Assembly (NCBI GenBank): GCA_002427425.1
Contig: DIRA01000032.1
Span: 69,250-133,249, forward strand
Direction of reading: 5' to 3'
Source: Clostridiales bacterium UBA5448
GTDB taxonomy: Bacteria > Bacillota > Clostridia > Oscillospirales > SIG627
DNA: 64,000 bases
The translations under genes and the position numbers were made by a program. This document shows, in pieces, positions 1-8,663 of this stretch (position 1 is its first letter; every line of letters starts with the position of its first letter). The notes beneath the pieces are model-generated. The model did not search any database. It saw only the letters and a program-made list of their open reading frames with translations, and was not told the origin of the DNA.

Positions 1-100
1 CCTTTTGCATGATTGGCATCAGAGGTCCTTTCTCATTCTTGTGCTCCTCAATGAACGCACGGAGTTCCGGGTTTTTGTCGTTGTCTTTGTTGCAAGCCAT
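1..100 (-). CDS. 5' part of a NuoE/HydC/HndA-like 2Fe-2S subunit (NAD(P)H-dependent oxidoreductase subunit E); runs off the window
   Basis: Manual translation MACNKDNDKNPELRAFIEEHKNEKGPLMPIMQK... resembles NuoE-family N-termini (G-x-L-M-P-x-x-Q); RBS AGGAGG upstream of ATG at 100. Confidence 0.65.
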   Translation of the reverse strand, partial: MACNKDNDKNPELRAFIEEHKNEKGPLMPIMQK

Positions 101-436
101 TCTATAAAACCTCCTCATATTACATGTTCATACCTGTTCGGCAAAGCCCGAACAGGACCAAATTTAATTGTAGCATACTTCTTCAAAAAAAGCACCATAA
201 AAACAAAAAATTCATCATAAATAACATAAAAAAATCTTCCAAAAACGGAATTCTTTGTGAATTCAATACCCAAAACAACATTTTAAGAAAGAGTTGTTCA
301 AAAAAACACCCGTTTTTCTGCATAACAAGTTCGAAAATTGATATAATTGACTATGGAAGAAATGAATACAAGGATTTCTTTTGGGAAAATCGTTTTTGTT
401 TTTGCGTGATAGGATGGTTTTGGTAAGATTTTTTAC

Positions 437-467
437 AAAAATGCGTGCCGAAGTGTTTCGGCACGCA
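437..467 (-). terminator. Rho-independent terminator of the MORN gene
   Basis: 11-bp stem TGCGTGCCGAA/TTCGGCACGCA, 4-nt loop, T-run on the minus strand. Confidence 0.8.
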
Positions 468-499
468 AAAAAGGGGAAGAATGAAAGGGGCGTACAAAA

Positions 500-1354
500 T
501 TATTTTACAATGGCTCCGTTGACAAATGTGCCGGAATAGCGTTCTCCGGTTTCTGCCCAGACATAGATGCCCTGACCGTGCATCAAATTATTCTGAAAGT
601 TACCGGTATAGGTATCCCCATTCGCCCAGGTCATGGTGCCTTTTAAACGGCAATCGTTTTCATAGGTGCCCCAAAATGTATCCCCGTTGGCCCAGGTCAT
701 GACCCCTTCTTTCTTTATTCCGTTTTCGTACGTACCATCAAATACATCCCCGTTGGCATAGGTGTAAAATCCCTTGCCTGCCCGTACATCGTGGGAAAAA
801 TTTCCGTAATATCTGTCGTTGCTTTCTTTCCAGGTATACAGACCGATGCCTTGGCGTTTGCTGTTGGCTACGTCGCCCTCATAGGTATCCCCGTTGGCAT
901 ACAGAAATTTGCCTGTCCCCGTGATGCTGTCATTCACAAAATCCCCTTCATAGACCATACCATCGGCACAGGTCAATTTGCCTTTCCCGTGACGAATCAG
1001 ATTGATGGTATCTCCTGTATATACATCCCCGTTTTCATAGCTAAGGGTGTTTGTTTCCCGGAAGAACCGGGCTTTCACGTCTTTATCGGTTTCAAGCAAT
1101 CCTTTTGGATAATATACATCTCCTTCATAGGGGATCCCTGCCCGGGTCGTTCCGTGAAATAATATGCCGGAATCCGGAAAGGTAAGCAGAGTTTTCACAT
1201 TGTCTTCCGTGAAAAAAACGGCATTTTCGGTGAGGGATAGGGTCATGATGTCCACTTCTGTGTCCGGTACTGTGATATTGCATCCTTCTTCCTCAGCGTC
1301 ACAGGAAGCCAGGCATAAAAGGATGAGTAAGATGACGGTGGTTATTTTTTTCAT
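500..1354 (-). CDS. MORN-repeat lipoprotein
   Basis: Lipobox-like LLCLASC after a hydrophobic leader; many Y-x-G-x-F/Y-x-N...G-x-G-x-Y-x-W/Y-A-N-G-D MORN repeats. Confidence 0.85.
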   Translation of the reverse strand: MKKITTVILLILLCLASCDAEEEGCNITVPDTEVDIMTLSLTENAVFFTEDNVKTLLTFPDSGILFHGTTRAGIPYEGDVYYPKGLLETDKDVKARFFRETNTLSYENGDVYTGDTINLIRHGKGKLTCADGMVYEGDFVNDSITGTGKFLYANGDTYEGDVANSKRQGIGLYTWKESNDRYYGNFSHDVRAGKGFYTYANGDVFDGTYENGIKKEGVMTWANGDTFWGTYENDCRLKGTMTWANGDTYTGNFQNNLMHGQGIYVWAETGERYSGTFVNGAIVK

Positions 1355-1486
1355 GTATGCTCCTTTTCATTGACCTTGTTAATGGGTTTTTGATTGGTTT
1401 CAACAGGGAAAGGCATTCCATTTTATTCATACTTTACAAATAGAATGCGTTATGGTACAATCATAGCAAGGAAGGCAGGTAAATTT

Positions 1487-1921
1487 ATGAAAATTCTTGT
1501 CATCAACGGTCCTAATCTTAATTTGTTGGGAACGCGTGAACCCACCATATATGGGAATCAATCCTATGCGGCGCTGTTGCAGTTTTTGGAAGAAACCGCC
1601 CGGGAAGCAGGGGTTGATATCGGCGTGTTTCAGAGCAATCATGAAGGTGCCATTGTGGATCGGATCCAACAAGCCATAGGCAATTTCGATGGACTTATCA
1701 TCAATCCTGCTGCCTATACCCATACCAGTATCGCCATTCCCGATGCCATTTCTGCCGGGGGTATCCCCACCGTAGAAGTCCATCTCAGCGATATTTCCGA
1801 CCGGGAGGACTTCAGAAAAATATCGTATACCTCTCGGGTATGTAAGAAAGTGATCATGGGAAAAGGGTTTGCCGGATATGCCGAAGCCATTTTGTATCTG
1901 GAGCAAAATTTTCAGGGATAA
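1487..1921 (+). CDS. aroQ: Type II 3-dehydroquinate dehydratase
   Basis: INGPNLNLLGTREP, QSNHEG, INPAAYTHTS, EVHLS motifs; start moved to MKILV. Confidence 0.95.
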   Translation: MKILVINGPNLNLLGTREPTIYGNQSYAALLQFLEETAREAGVDIGVFQSNHEGAIVDRIQQAIGNFDGLIINPAAYTHTSIAIPDAISAGGIPTVEVHLSDISDREDFRKISYTSRVCKKVIMGKGFAGYAEAILYLEQNFQG

Positions 1922-2002
1922 TACAAAAACGAATGAAAAAGTTTTCCATTTTGTATGGGAAATGAAAATAATGCATACAAAAACCAATATTACATTAAAA
2001 AT

Positions 2003-2046
2003 AAAAGAATTTCATTCACCGCCGCGGCGGTGAATGAAATTCTTTT
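2003..2046. terminator. Perfect 44-bp palindrome, likely bidirectional terminator between convergent aroQ and rsmA
   Basis: AAAAGAATTTCATTCACCGCCG|CGGCGGTGAATGAAATTCTTTT, self-complementary with no spacer. Confidence 0.75.
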
Positions 2047-2066
2047 TTGTTGCGATGGAAATGCTG

Positions 2067-2202
2067 TTATGTAAATGTATTTGCTTACACAGAATGATAT
2101 TATGTAAACCAGTCCATATAATTGTAAATAATAATATGCTATTTCAACACAAAAACATTGTGTTATGTAAACATAAATAATGTGTATGTTGTTATGTCAA
2201 CT
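2067..2202 (+). repeat. Four direct copies of a XerD-arm-like motif (TTATGTAAAT, TTATGTAAAC x2, TTATGTCAAC); best dif-like 28-mer at 2083-2110
   Basis: Copies start at 2067, 2100, 2163 and 2192; GCTTACACAGA-ATGATA-TTATGTAAACC versus B. subtilis dif ACTTCCTAGAA-TATATA-TTATGTAAACT. Confidence 0.45.
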
Positions 2203-3052
2203 CTGCAATGCGATCGGCAATGGCGCAAAAGGCAACAAGATCCAATGTTTCCCCCCGGCAGGAGGGATCGATGCCGGCTTGGATCAGGAGGTTAGACAGC
2301 AGTTCCTTTTCGATGGGAAAAACGGAAGAAAGGGAATTGAGCAGGGTTTTTCGCCGCAAGGCAAAGGCGCCTCGGATAACCCGGAAAAAGATTGTTTCAT
2401 TTTGGGGCTGTACCGGAGGGAGGGTATGCGGAAGGAGGGCGACCACGGTGGAGGTGACATGGGGAGGGGGGAGGAAGTTGCCGGGGGCCACATCAAACAA
2501 TTTTTTAACGTTGCAGTAATAATTCACCACAGCGGTGATGGCACCGTACTCTTCTCTGTTGGGAGAAGAGAGCAATCGATCCGCCACTTCTTTTTGCATC
2601 ATCACTGTGATGGATTGAAAAGGAATCCGGCTTTCCAGCATATACATTAAAATGGGGCTGGTGATATAATAGGGAAGATTGGCACACAAAGACAGAGAAT
2701 ACCCCGCAAGCTTTTCAGCCAAAGCGGGCAGATTGACCTGCAGTACATCCTTCCAGATGATTTTCACATTGTCAAAGGGAGCCAGGGAAATGTTTAATAC
2801 GGGTTCTAAGGATGTGTCCAGCTCAATGGCAACCACTTTGTCGTAGCATTGGCAAAGCTCTCTGGTCAACGCGCCAGCGCCCGGTCCGATTTCTATACAG
2901 GCGGCTTTTCCTTCTCCGGCTGCCGCTCTGGAAGAGGAAGCGATGCGGGCGGGAATGGCAGGTTGGATCAAGAAATTTTGACCGAATTTCTTTTTCAGTT
3001 GAAAACCGGTATCCTCCAGTAGTTTTTTAAAATGAAATTGCCCTTTGTTCAT
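2192..3052 (-). CDS. rsmA: 16S rRNA m6,2A dimethyltransferase RsmA/KsgA
   Basis: KKKFGQNFL, EIGPGAGALT, ANLPYYITSP, F-x-P-P-P-x-V-x-S, RRKTLLNSL. Confidence 0.96.
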   Translation of the reverse strand: MNKGQFHFKKLLEDTGFQLKKKFGQNFLIQPAIPARIASSSRAAAGEGKAACIEIGPGAGALTRELCQCYDKVVAIELDTSLEPVLNISLAPFDNVKIIWKDVLQVNLPALAEKLAGYSLSLCANLPYYITSPILMYMLESRIPFQSITVMMQKEVADRLLSSPNREEYGAITAVVNYYCNVKKLFDVAPGNFLPPPHVTSTVVALLPHTLPPVQPQNETIFFRVIRGAFALRRKTLLNSLSSVFPIEKELLSNLLIQAGIDPSCRGETLDLVAFCAIADRIAELT

Positions 3053-3139
3053 GTGTTTCTCCGATATAGAGTGTAAAAAATTTGGGTATACTCCAGTATA
3101 GCAAATCTTTGACTATATGTAAATAAAGCGGAGGAAAAA

Positions 3140-4057
3140 ATGAAAGAAGCGACTGCCGGCTGGCTTGCTGTAGCCATTGCTGCCGTTTGGGGTGGTTCTT
3201 TTTTGCTCATGCAAACTGTGGCGGATGAAATCGCGGCGGCGCCCTATATCTTTTTGCGTTTTGGGGTGGCATTTGTTGTGCTCATAGGATTATTCGGAAG
3301 AAGTTTACAATCGTTACGTCGCAAAACCATTCTCGGCTCATTGGGACTGGGGACGGTTATGTTTATTTATATGTTGTTTCAGTTTTTCGCCTTAGAAACC
3401 ACCTCCAGCTCCAACACGGCATTTTTATCCTCTTCCAGCTTCCTGATGGTGCCCTTTTTAGCGGCTGTATTTTTGAAAAAGAAACCCACGTTGGGAAACA
3501 CGTTAGGTTTATTGCTGACAGCCATGGGACTGGTATGGATGACCGGAGGCATGGGAGGCGGTTTTACCCGCGGGGATTTTTATGCCATTATCTCCGCGGT
3601 CATGGTGGCGGTACACATTGTGCTTGTGGATAAAACTTTGGGGGATACCAACACGGCGGAAAGGTTTGAGCAATCCTTGGGTATCGGCATTTTGCAGGTC
3701 GGCGTTGCTGCGGCATGGGCGTTGATTTTTTGGCAGGTGTTTACCCCCCATGGGTTAACCTTTCCCCTGTCTGCCACCTTGCTGATATCGGTGGCGGGTA
3801 CGGGCATTTTCTGTTCCGCTTTTTGTTTCACTGCCCAATTGATTGTCCAGCAAAAGCTGTCTCCCTCCCGCTTTGTATTGCTGTTGATGCTGGAACCCTT
3901 GTTTGCTTTGTTGTACAGCATGGTTTTTCCCATTGACGGCGTAGTGGAAATGCTGAATTTTGACAAAATAGGCGGTGTGTTTTTGGTTTTGGCGGGCATG
4001 GCAGTGTCGGAAAGCGACCTGGACAGAATCAAAGTCAAAAGGAAACGGAAGCGTTGA
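3140..4057 (+). CDS. DMT/EamA family transporter
   Basis: About 10 hydrophobic segments, two EamA halves (WGGSF, RFGVA, LEPLFA). Confidence 0.88.
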   Translation: MKEATAGWLAVAIAAVWGGSFLLMQTVADEIAAAPYIFLRFGVAFVVLIGLFGRSLQSLRRKTILGSLGLGTVMFIYMLFQFFALETTSSSNTAFLSSSSFLMVPFLAAVFLKKKPTLGNTLGLLLTAMGLVWMTGGMGGGFTRGDFYAIISAVMVAVHIVLVDKTLGDTNTAERFEQSLGIGILQVGVAAAWALIFWQVFTPHGLTFPLSATLLISVAGTGIFCSAFCFTAQLIVQQKLSPSRFVLLLMLEPLFALLYSMVFPIDGVVEMLNFDKIGGVFLVLAGMAVSESDLDRIKVKRKRKR

Positions 4058-4120
4058 TTTGGTTATGTAAACCTATTTTTCCTTCCTCTGTAAGGAGGTT
4101 GACGACAAAATCGACAGAGA

Positions 4121-4147
4121 GAGGTGGCAACAACTTGTTACCACCTC
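4121..4147. terminator. Hairpin between the convergent DMT gene and the lyase pseudogene
   Basis: GAGGTGGCAACA-ACT-TGTTACCACCTC (12-bp stem, one mismatch). Confidence 0.55.
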
Positions 4148-4193
4148 ATATTGTTGTGTTTTTTATTCTTTTTCATCCGGCCTTTTGAGGCAA

Positions 4194-4908
4194 TCAATTC
4201 ATAATTTGTGTAAAGGACAAGGGAATATAGCAAGGCTTTCCTTTTTGGATGTTATAAATATAGTCCTCATCGGGATTTAATTTGTTTTGATATGACCGTG
4301 TCCCGTATTTTTTCCGAAAGACAGGGATGACACATGCTTCCCGGTGGGAGTATCTGCCCGCAGATCAGCGTATCCGTATCCCGAAAGCAGGGCATTGCCC
4401 AAAACCAATTCCCCATCCCGGGCGATGATGTCATAGATTTCTTTTTCCACCTCTTCGGGGGAGGGGGCATAGATATCCCCGGGGAATGGTATCCTGAGAT
4501 ATCCGCAAGAGATAGCCGCAAGAGATAGCCGATGGCGCGGGTAAAATACCCATCCCGGGTGGCAAGATAATAGGATGCAAAATCATTGGATGGGAACACT
4601 TTTTTACAATGAGGGCAAATGGTTTTCCACATTTGATCCCTGGAAGCGATAAAAGGATACACGCCGTAGGCGGATAAATCATCCCCGCAGGCGGGACAGC
4701 AACCGTGGGCAATGACCTGGGCGGAGCGAAAAACCTCTTGAGAAGGGATCATTTTATAGAGCTTTTCGAGTGAAATTCGGAGAAAATCATCTGCTTTTTG
4801 GGTGATTTTCTCTATTTTCTCCTCTATCTAGGGGTATTTTTGGCTGTTTATTTTGGCGTTTTTTAGCTTTTCTTCTGTAAAAATAGTGACACGGGACTTG
4901 GTTTTCAC
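4194..4908 (-). pseudogene. Collapsed fifth heparinase II/III-like paralog (N-terminal, central and C-terminal segments only)
   Basis: KTKSRVTIFTEEKLKNAKINSQKYP*IEEK...ADDFL...MIPSQEVFRS...CPACG...WKTICPHCKKVFPSNDFASYY | YLATRDGYF...GDIYAPSPEEVEKEI...LSGYGYADLR...FGKNTGHGH | YQNKLNPDEDYIYNIQKGKPCYIPLSFTQIMN* each align to the neighbouring paralogs; TAG at the conserved Trp, 13-bp duplication at 4503-4528, frameshifts. Confidence 0.88.
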
Positions 4909-5583
4909 CTCTTGGTCCCATACAAAAGCTCGTACGGGGGCGCAGCAGGTGTTCTCCACGTTGAGAGGGAGAATGGTTAAACGGGGAGAAAGGGAGGTGA
5001 TTTTTTCAAGGTGAACAAACGGAGAAGCCAAAAGAATACCGGCACCGAAAAAGTCCGGGAAAAACCCCTGGTGTTTTTCCGGATTTTCCCACCGGGGAAT
5101 ATCACTGCCCACCAAAAAAGGTTTTTTTGCAATCAGATATTCCATGGCATCTTTGGTAAAGTAGGGGGAAGCGGACAAAAAATCGCGGTCTTTCCACTTT
5201 TTCCCCCAGTCGCAGCATACCAGAATGGCGCTGTGGGGCAAAAAAGAAGCTTCACAGGCAACCAAGGCTTCCGCTGTGATGGGTGCCCGCCCAGTTTCGT
5301 CGGGAGTGAGGGTTTTGACTTTCAGTACCGTACAGGGAATATCCACCAGTTTTTCCAAACCAATTTTGGAAAGGGGATAGGATTTTTCATATCCCAATAC
5401 ATGAGCAGGGGTTTCCAAGTAGGTGCCGCTCTGGGAATGAAGCCCCGAAAACACCTCGCAATATACGTTGGTATCGATCCAATCTACTTGAGGTAATGGT
5501 TGCATGTCAAAAACCGGAAAAGGCGGTTCGTAATTCCACATGCCGTTATACAGCGGTCCTGTGATATCAATGATTTTTTTCAT
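4828..5583 (-). CDS. Cyclase (kynurenine formamidase-like) family protein with an atypical metal motif; the last ~26 aa are the N-terminus of the downstream pseudogene
   Basis: IIDITGPL start, HSQSGTYLETPAH (canonical HxGTHxDxPxH), PYFTKDAMEYL, VGSD, LPL...APVRAF. Confidence 0.8.
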   Translation of the reverse strand: MKKIIDITGPLYNGMWNYEPPFPVFDMQPLPQVDWIDTNVYCEVFSGLHSQSGTYLETPAHVLGYEKSYPLSKIGLEKLVDIPCTVLKVKTLTPDETGRAPITAEALVACEASFLPHSAILVCCDWGKKWKDRDFLSASPYFTKDAMEYLIAKKPFLVGSDIPRWENPEKHQGFFPDFFGAGILLASPFVHLEKITSLSPRLTILPLNVENTCCAPVRAFVWDQEVKTKSRVTIFTEEKLKNAKINSQKYP

Positions 5584-5588
5584 GATTT

Positions 5589-8561
5589 TTATACAATGTG
5601 GGTCAGCGGTATACACGCCACGGTTCCTTCCTGCAAGGTATACCGATAGCCCTCCTTTGTTTTGTTTTGTATGAAAGTAACATCTCCCATATCCAATGTA
5701 ACCCGTTTTCCCTGTTGGGACACGCCCAGAATCCGATACATGGGATTGGTGTCCGTTGGACCTGTTGCCACCAAAAATTGCCCCGCTGCAGGGATGGGAT
5801 TGTTCGGATCCAGTTCCAATTCCACCACGTTTTTTGTAGATAAGGTGTTGGTAAAGGATACGATGGAGCCCCGGATGTCTTTTTTTACCTTGTTTTCACC
5901 GATTTGGGTGCCGTCGTGGATATAGTGGGTGCGGGTGTTTCCATTCTGTGAGTATACGCCGAAAAAGCCGCAAAAATCAAAGGCATTATCTACACGGTAT
6001 ACCGTATCGACATCAATGGCGTTGACAATATAATCCGTTCTGCCGGAGGTAAGTGTCACTTTCACAGCCCGGATTTTGTCCGGTTGATGGGGTGTGACCG
6101 CAACAGGAACCACCGATGCAACAGGGCAGCCTATGGCGGAATCGTACGGCGAAAAGACCGAAACAAAGGTGGAGGTGAGGTTGCTTCCTTTTCGCTTGAT
6201 AAACACATACGGCATATATTTGGGATTGGAGGGTACGTTCCGGGGGGGATATCCGTTGCAGGATATAACCTCACCCAAATCGCCTGCCATAAAATATTTC
6301 AAGCCGGGTTTTCCCTGCAGTCCTTGGGCGCAGCGGTGGGTATCCACCAGGGAAAAATTCACCCACGCACCTGGGGCGGGACGGGCATCTCGACGTACAT
6401 GGTCGAACCACTGGAAACCCCGGGAATGATACACACTTTCCCCCTGATAGATAAGGGTGCCAAGGGAAATATCTTTGCCTGCCAATGTGCCCGCAAAGGC
6501 GCCTGTTTCATCCAACTGGTCCACAAAGGACAGACCATTTGACTGAATACCGTCGCTCTGTGCACCATGAAATCCGTACATATGATCGTCTTTGCCTTTG
6601 ACACGGAAAAAGTCAACGACATAAAAGGCGTTTTCATCCACCTTGACATTCGCCACCGTGCGGCGGTAACATGCAACATCCTGATAGGGTTTGCTTTCCA
6701 CATCGGTGAGTTTCACAAAATCGCTGTCATCATGGTGGAGACAATCGCCCACGATGACAGTTTGGTTCTGGTACCCTTCGTTGACAATCACCGTATTGTG
6801 GGAAATAGTATTCTGGCACATTTGATAACGGTGAGGATTGGTGGCGTTTTTGATTTCGGGATTGCCCATATCGGGAGAAAAATCCATATTGTAAGCATAC
6901 AGCATCAGATTTAAATTGTCCAAATGGCCATGCCCCGCATTTCTGCCATAGAAAACCAATGCGGCACTGTCGGGTAAATTCGGATGATGTCTTTTCAAAG
7001 AGGCGTAACCGTATCCTGTCAGGTTCACCGGATGGGGATGATATGCCCCATAGGCTTTGGCATCGGCAAGAAGCTGATTCCGGCACGTTTCCGGATCGGA
7101 GGTGAATATATCATACTCCAATTCATCGGGATTATGATGAAGCAAATACATCAAAGCGGCTGCGAATTTGGGTTCTTTGTAAACTTGATAGGCTTTCCAA
7201 AGATTCTGGATGGCCGAGGTCTGCGGATAGGGTCTTCCCGTAGACCCCGTATCGCCGATAGTAGGTAGAATATTCCGGGTGATCCGCAGCTCGGTTTCCC
7301 CCAGGAACATTTTGCGGAACTTGGGGTGATTATATAAGGAATATCCCGTATCTTTTCCCTCCAGGGTGTATCCTTGGAGAAGGTCTGCTATGGTTGCGAA
7401 TTTTTGGGTCCATTCGGCATTGTAGGCGGGAGCGGCCTCGTTTCCCATACCGTCTCTGTCAATGGTATCGCAGAGGAGTCGATCTAGATTGCCGCCTGTT
7501 TTGAATCCATCCCCGTCTTGAAAGACATACTCCAGCCATCGAGGGGTAAAATCCGGATGATCGATACAGATCGCCGCTGCCGTCAGTGCAGATTGCTGCA
7601 TACCCATGTTGCCGCCCACGTTGCGCTCCCGAATGCTTTGATAAATTTCTTTGAGTATATTGTTCTCAATATGAACCATGATTTGCTCGGGCATGGTTCT
7701 CTTGCCATGGGAATACCGGGCAATGTTTTGTATGGCTTCCGGGGAGAGAGTGGCAAAACCATGGAAAAACGCGTCATAATATTGAGGGAAGCAGAGGGCA
7801 AAGTAGCAGTCTTCGATTCTACCGGCAATTTTTCCTTCGCCCGTGCTGCCGCCGTTAGAAGTGACATAGTCTTTTCTGTCCAACTGATACAGATGGTTCA
7901 TGCCCGGATAAACATCGGCAATCCGATCCAGCAAAAGAATGCCCACATCGGCATATTTCTGATCACCGGTGAGCAAATATGCCTTGGAAATTGCTTTCAG
8001 TCTGTCCCATACTATGTTCCGCCAGTTTGCCAATGTAAAATAACCAACAAAATTATACGTTTTTCCTTCATCGTCTATATAGCCGTGTCCGTCATCCACG
8101 CCCCATTGTTCCCCCCATTCGGGATAGCGGGTGTTTATCAGCAAAGACCGATCTGCTTTTTCATAGATGAAAAATCCATGTTCGTCCAGGCCGCTTTTAT
8201 AATACGCTTCAAAATCATGGGTAGGGAAAGTCATGTGGCAGTGGGCGCAAGAGGATTGCCAGGGTTTGTCCGGATGATGGGATGCACTGAAAAGATGAAT
8301 TCCTTTTGAAGCGATTCCCGCCGTGCCGCAATGGGGGCAGCCGTAGTTCTCCGAAACCATATAGGTCCGCCAAAGGTCATGACTTGAAAGGCGCAGACGA
8401 TATTCCTCTACGGAAGTTTCCATGAAGGCGTCTGCTCGTTTTAGGGTCTTATGTAAAATTTCTTTTGCCCACTCGAATGTTTGAACATTCTTACGGGCAG
8501 CTTCTATCCTGTCATCGGTGTATATGGTTGCCCTTTTTTTCAGGGGTTGTATCATCATCAT
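5589..8561 (-). CDS. Heparinase II/III-like protein (putative polysaccharide lyase), no signal peptide or anchor, ~990 aa
   Basis: GHGHLDNLNL, DMGNPE, SHNTVIVN, VVDFFRVKG, EAAPAYN motifs; N-terminal CPHCG...CAHC; RBS AAGGAGAGG. Confidence 0.8.
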   Translation of the reverse strand: MMMIQPLKKRATIYTDDRIEAARKNVQTFEWAKEILHKTLKRADAFMETSVEEYRLRLSSHDLWRTYMVSENYGCPHCGTAGIASKGIHLFSASHHPDKPWQSSCAHCHMTFPTHDFEAYYKSGLDEHGFFIYEKADRSLLINTRYPEWGEQWGVDDGHGYIDDEGKTYNFVGYFTLANWRNIVWDRLKAISKAYLLTGDQKYADVGILLLDRIADVYPGMNHLYQLDRKDYVTSNGGSTGEGKIAGRIEDCYFALCFPQYYDAFFHGFATLSPEAIQNIARYSHGKRTMPEQIMVHIENNILKEIYQSIRERNVGGNMGMQQSALTAAAICIDHPDFTPRWLEYVFQDGDGFKTGGNLDRLLCDTIDRDGMGNEAAPAYNAEWTQKFATIADLLQGYTLEGKDTGYSLYNHPKFRKMFLGETELRITRNILPTIGDTGSTGRPYPQTSAIQNLWKAYQVYKEPKFAAALMYLLHHNPDELEYDIFTSDPETCRNQLLADAKAYGAYHPHPVNLTGYGYASLKRHHPNLPDSAALVFYGRNAGHGHLDNLNLMLYAYNMDFSPDMGNPEIKNATNPHRYQMCQNTISHNTVIVNEGYQNQTVIVGDCLHHDDSDFVKLTDVESKPYQDVACYRRTVANVKVDENAFYVVDFFRVKGKDDHMYGFHGAQSDGIQSNGLSFVDQLDETGAFAGTLAGKDISLGTLIYQGESVYHSRGFQWFDHVRRDARPAPGAWVNFSLVDTHRCAQGLQGKPGLKYFMAGDLGEVISCNGYPPRNVPSNPKYMPYVFIKRKGSNLTSTFVSVFSPYDSAIGCPVASVVPVAVTPHQPDKIRAVKVTLTSGRTDYIVNAIDVDTVYRVDNAFDFCGFFGVYSQNGNTRTHYIHDGTQIGENKVKKDIRGSIVSFTNTLSTKNVVELELDPNNPIPAAGQFLVATGPTDTNPMYRILGVSQQGKRVTLDMGDVTFIQNKTKEGYRYTLQEGTVACIPLTHIV

Positions 8562-8589
8562 GCCTCTCCTTTTAAAAAAATGTCGACTC

Positions 8590-8619
8590 ATTATACCCCG
8601 TATGGCAAAAAAAAGTCAA
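8590..8619 (-). promoter_or_regulatory. sigma-A promoter of the cytoplasmic lyase/cyclase unit
   Basis: TTGACT-18 nt-TATAAT on the minus strand. Confidence 0.7.
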
Positions 8620-8629
8620 TGAAATAACA

Positions 8630-8659
8630 AAAAAAGCGTGAATTTCTTCACGCTTTTTT
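8630..8659 (-). terminator. Intrinsic terminator after lyase 8664-12686
   Basis: AAAAAAGCGTGAA-TTTC-TTCACGCTTTTTT. Confidence 0.8.
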
Positions 8660-8663
8660 CAAT

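Noticed and set aside
421-438. Rex operator upstream of the NuoE-like gene (TTGTAAAAAATCTTACCA on the minus strand)
   Set aside because: Two mismatches to the consensus in very AT-rich DNA and over 300 bp from the start; not distinguishable from chance by eye
2067-2202. CRISPR-like array from the TTATGTAAA repeats
   Set aside because: Repeats are only ~10 bp, spacing is irregular (33, 63, 29 bp) and no cas genes are present
4123-4136. 14-mer GGTGGCAACAACTT shared with the intron remnant near 43880
   Set aside because: A few 14-bp matches are expected by chance in 64 kb, and the flanks do not align
4267-4752. 161-aa ORF from the track as a standalone gene
   Set aside because: It is one frame of the collapsed lyase pseudogene; homology switches frame after ~4500
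4828-4830. Programmed amber read-through (pyrrolysine or recoding) at the cyclase TAG
   Set aside because: The downstream sequence has deletions and frameshifts, so a TGG-to-TAG nonsense mutation is simpler; other genes here use TAG as a normal stop
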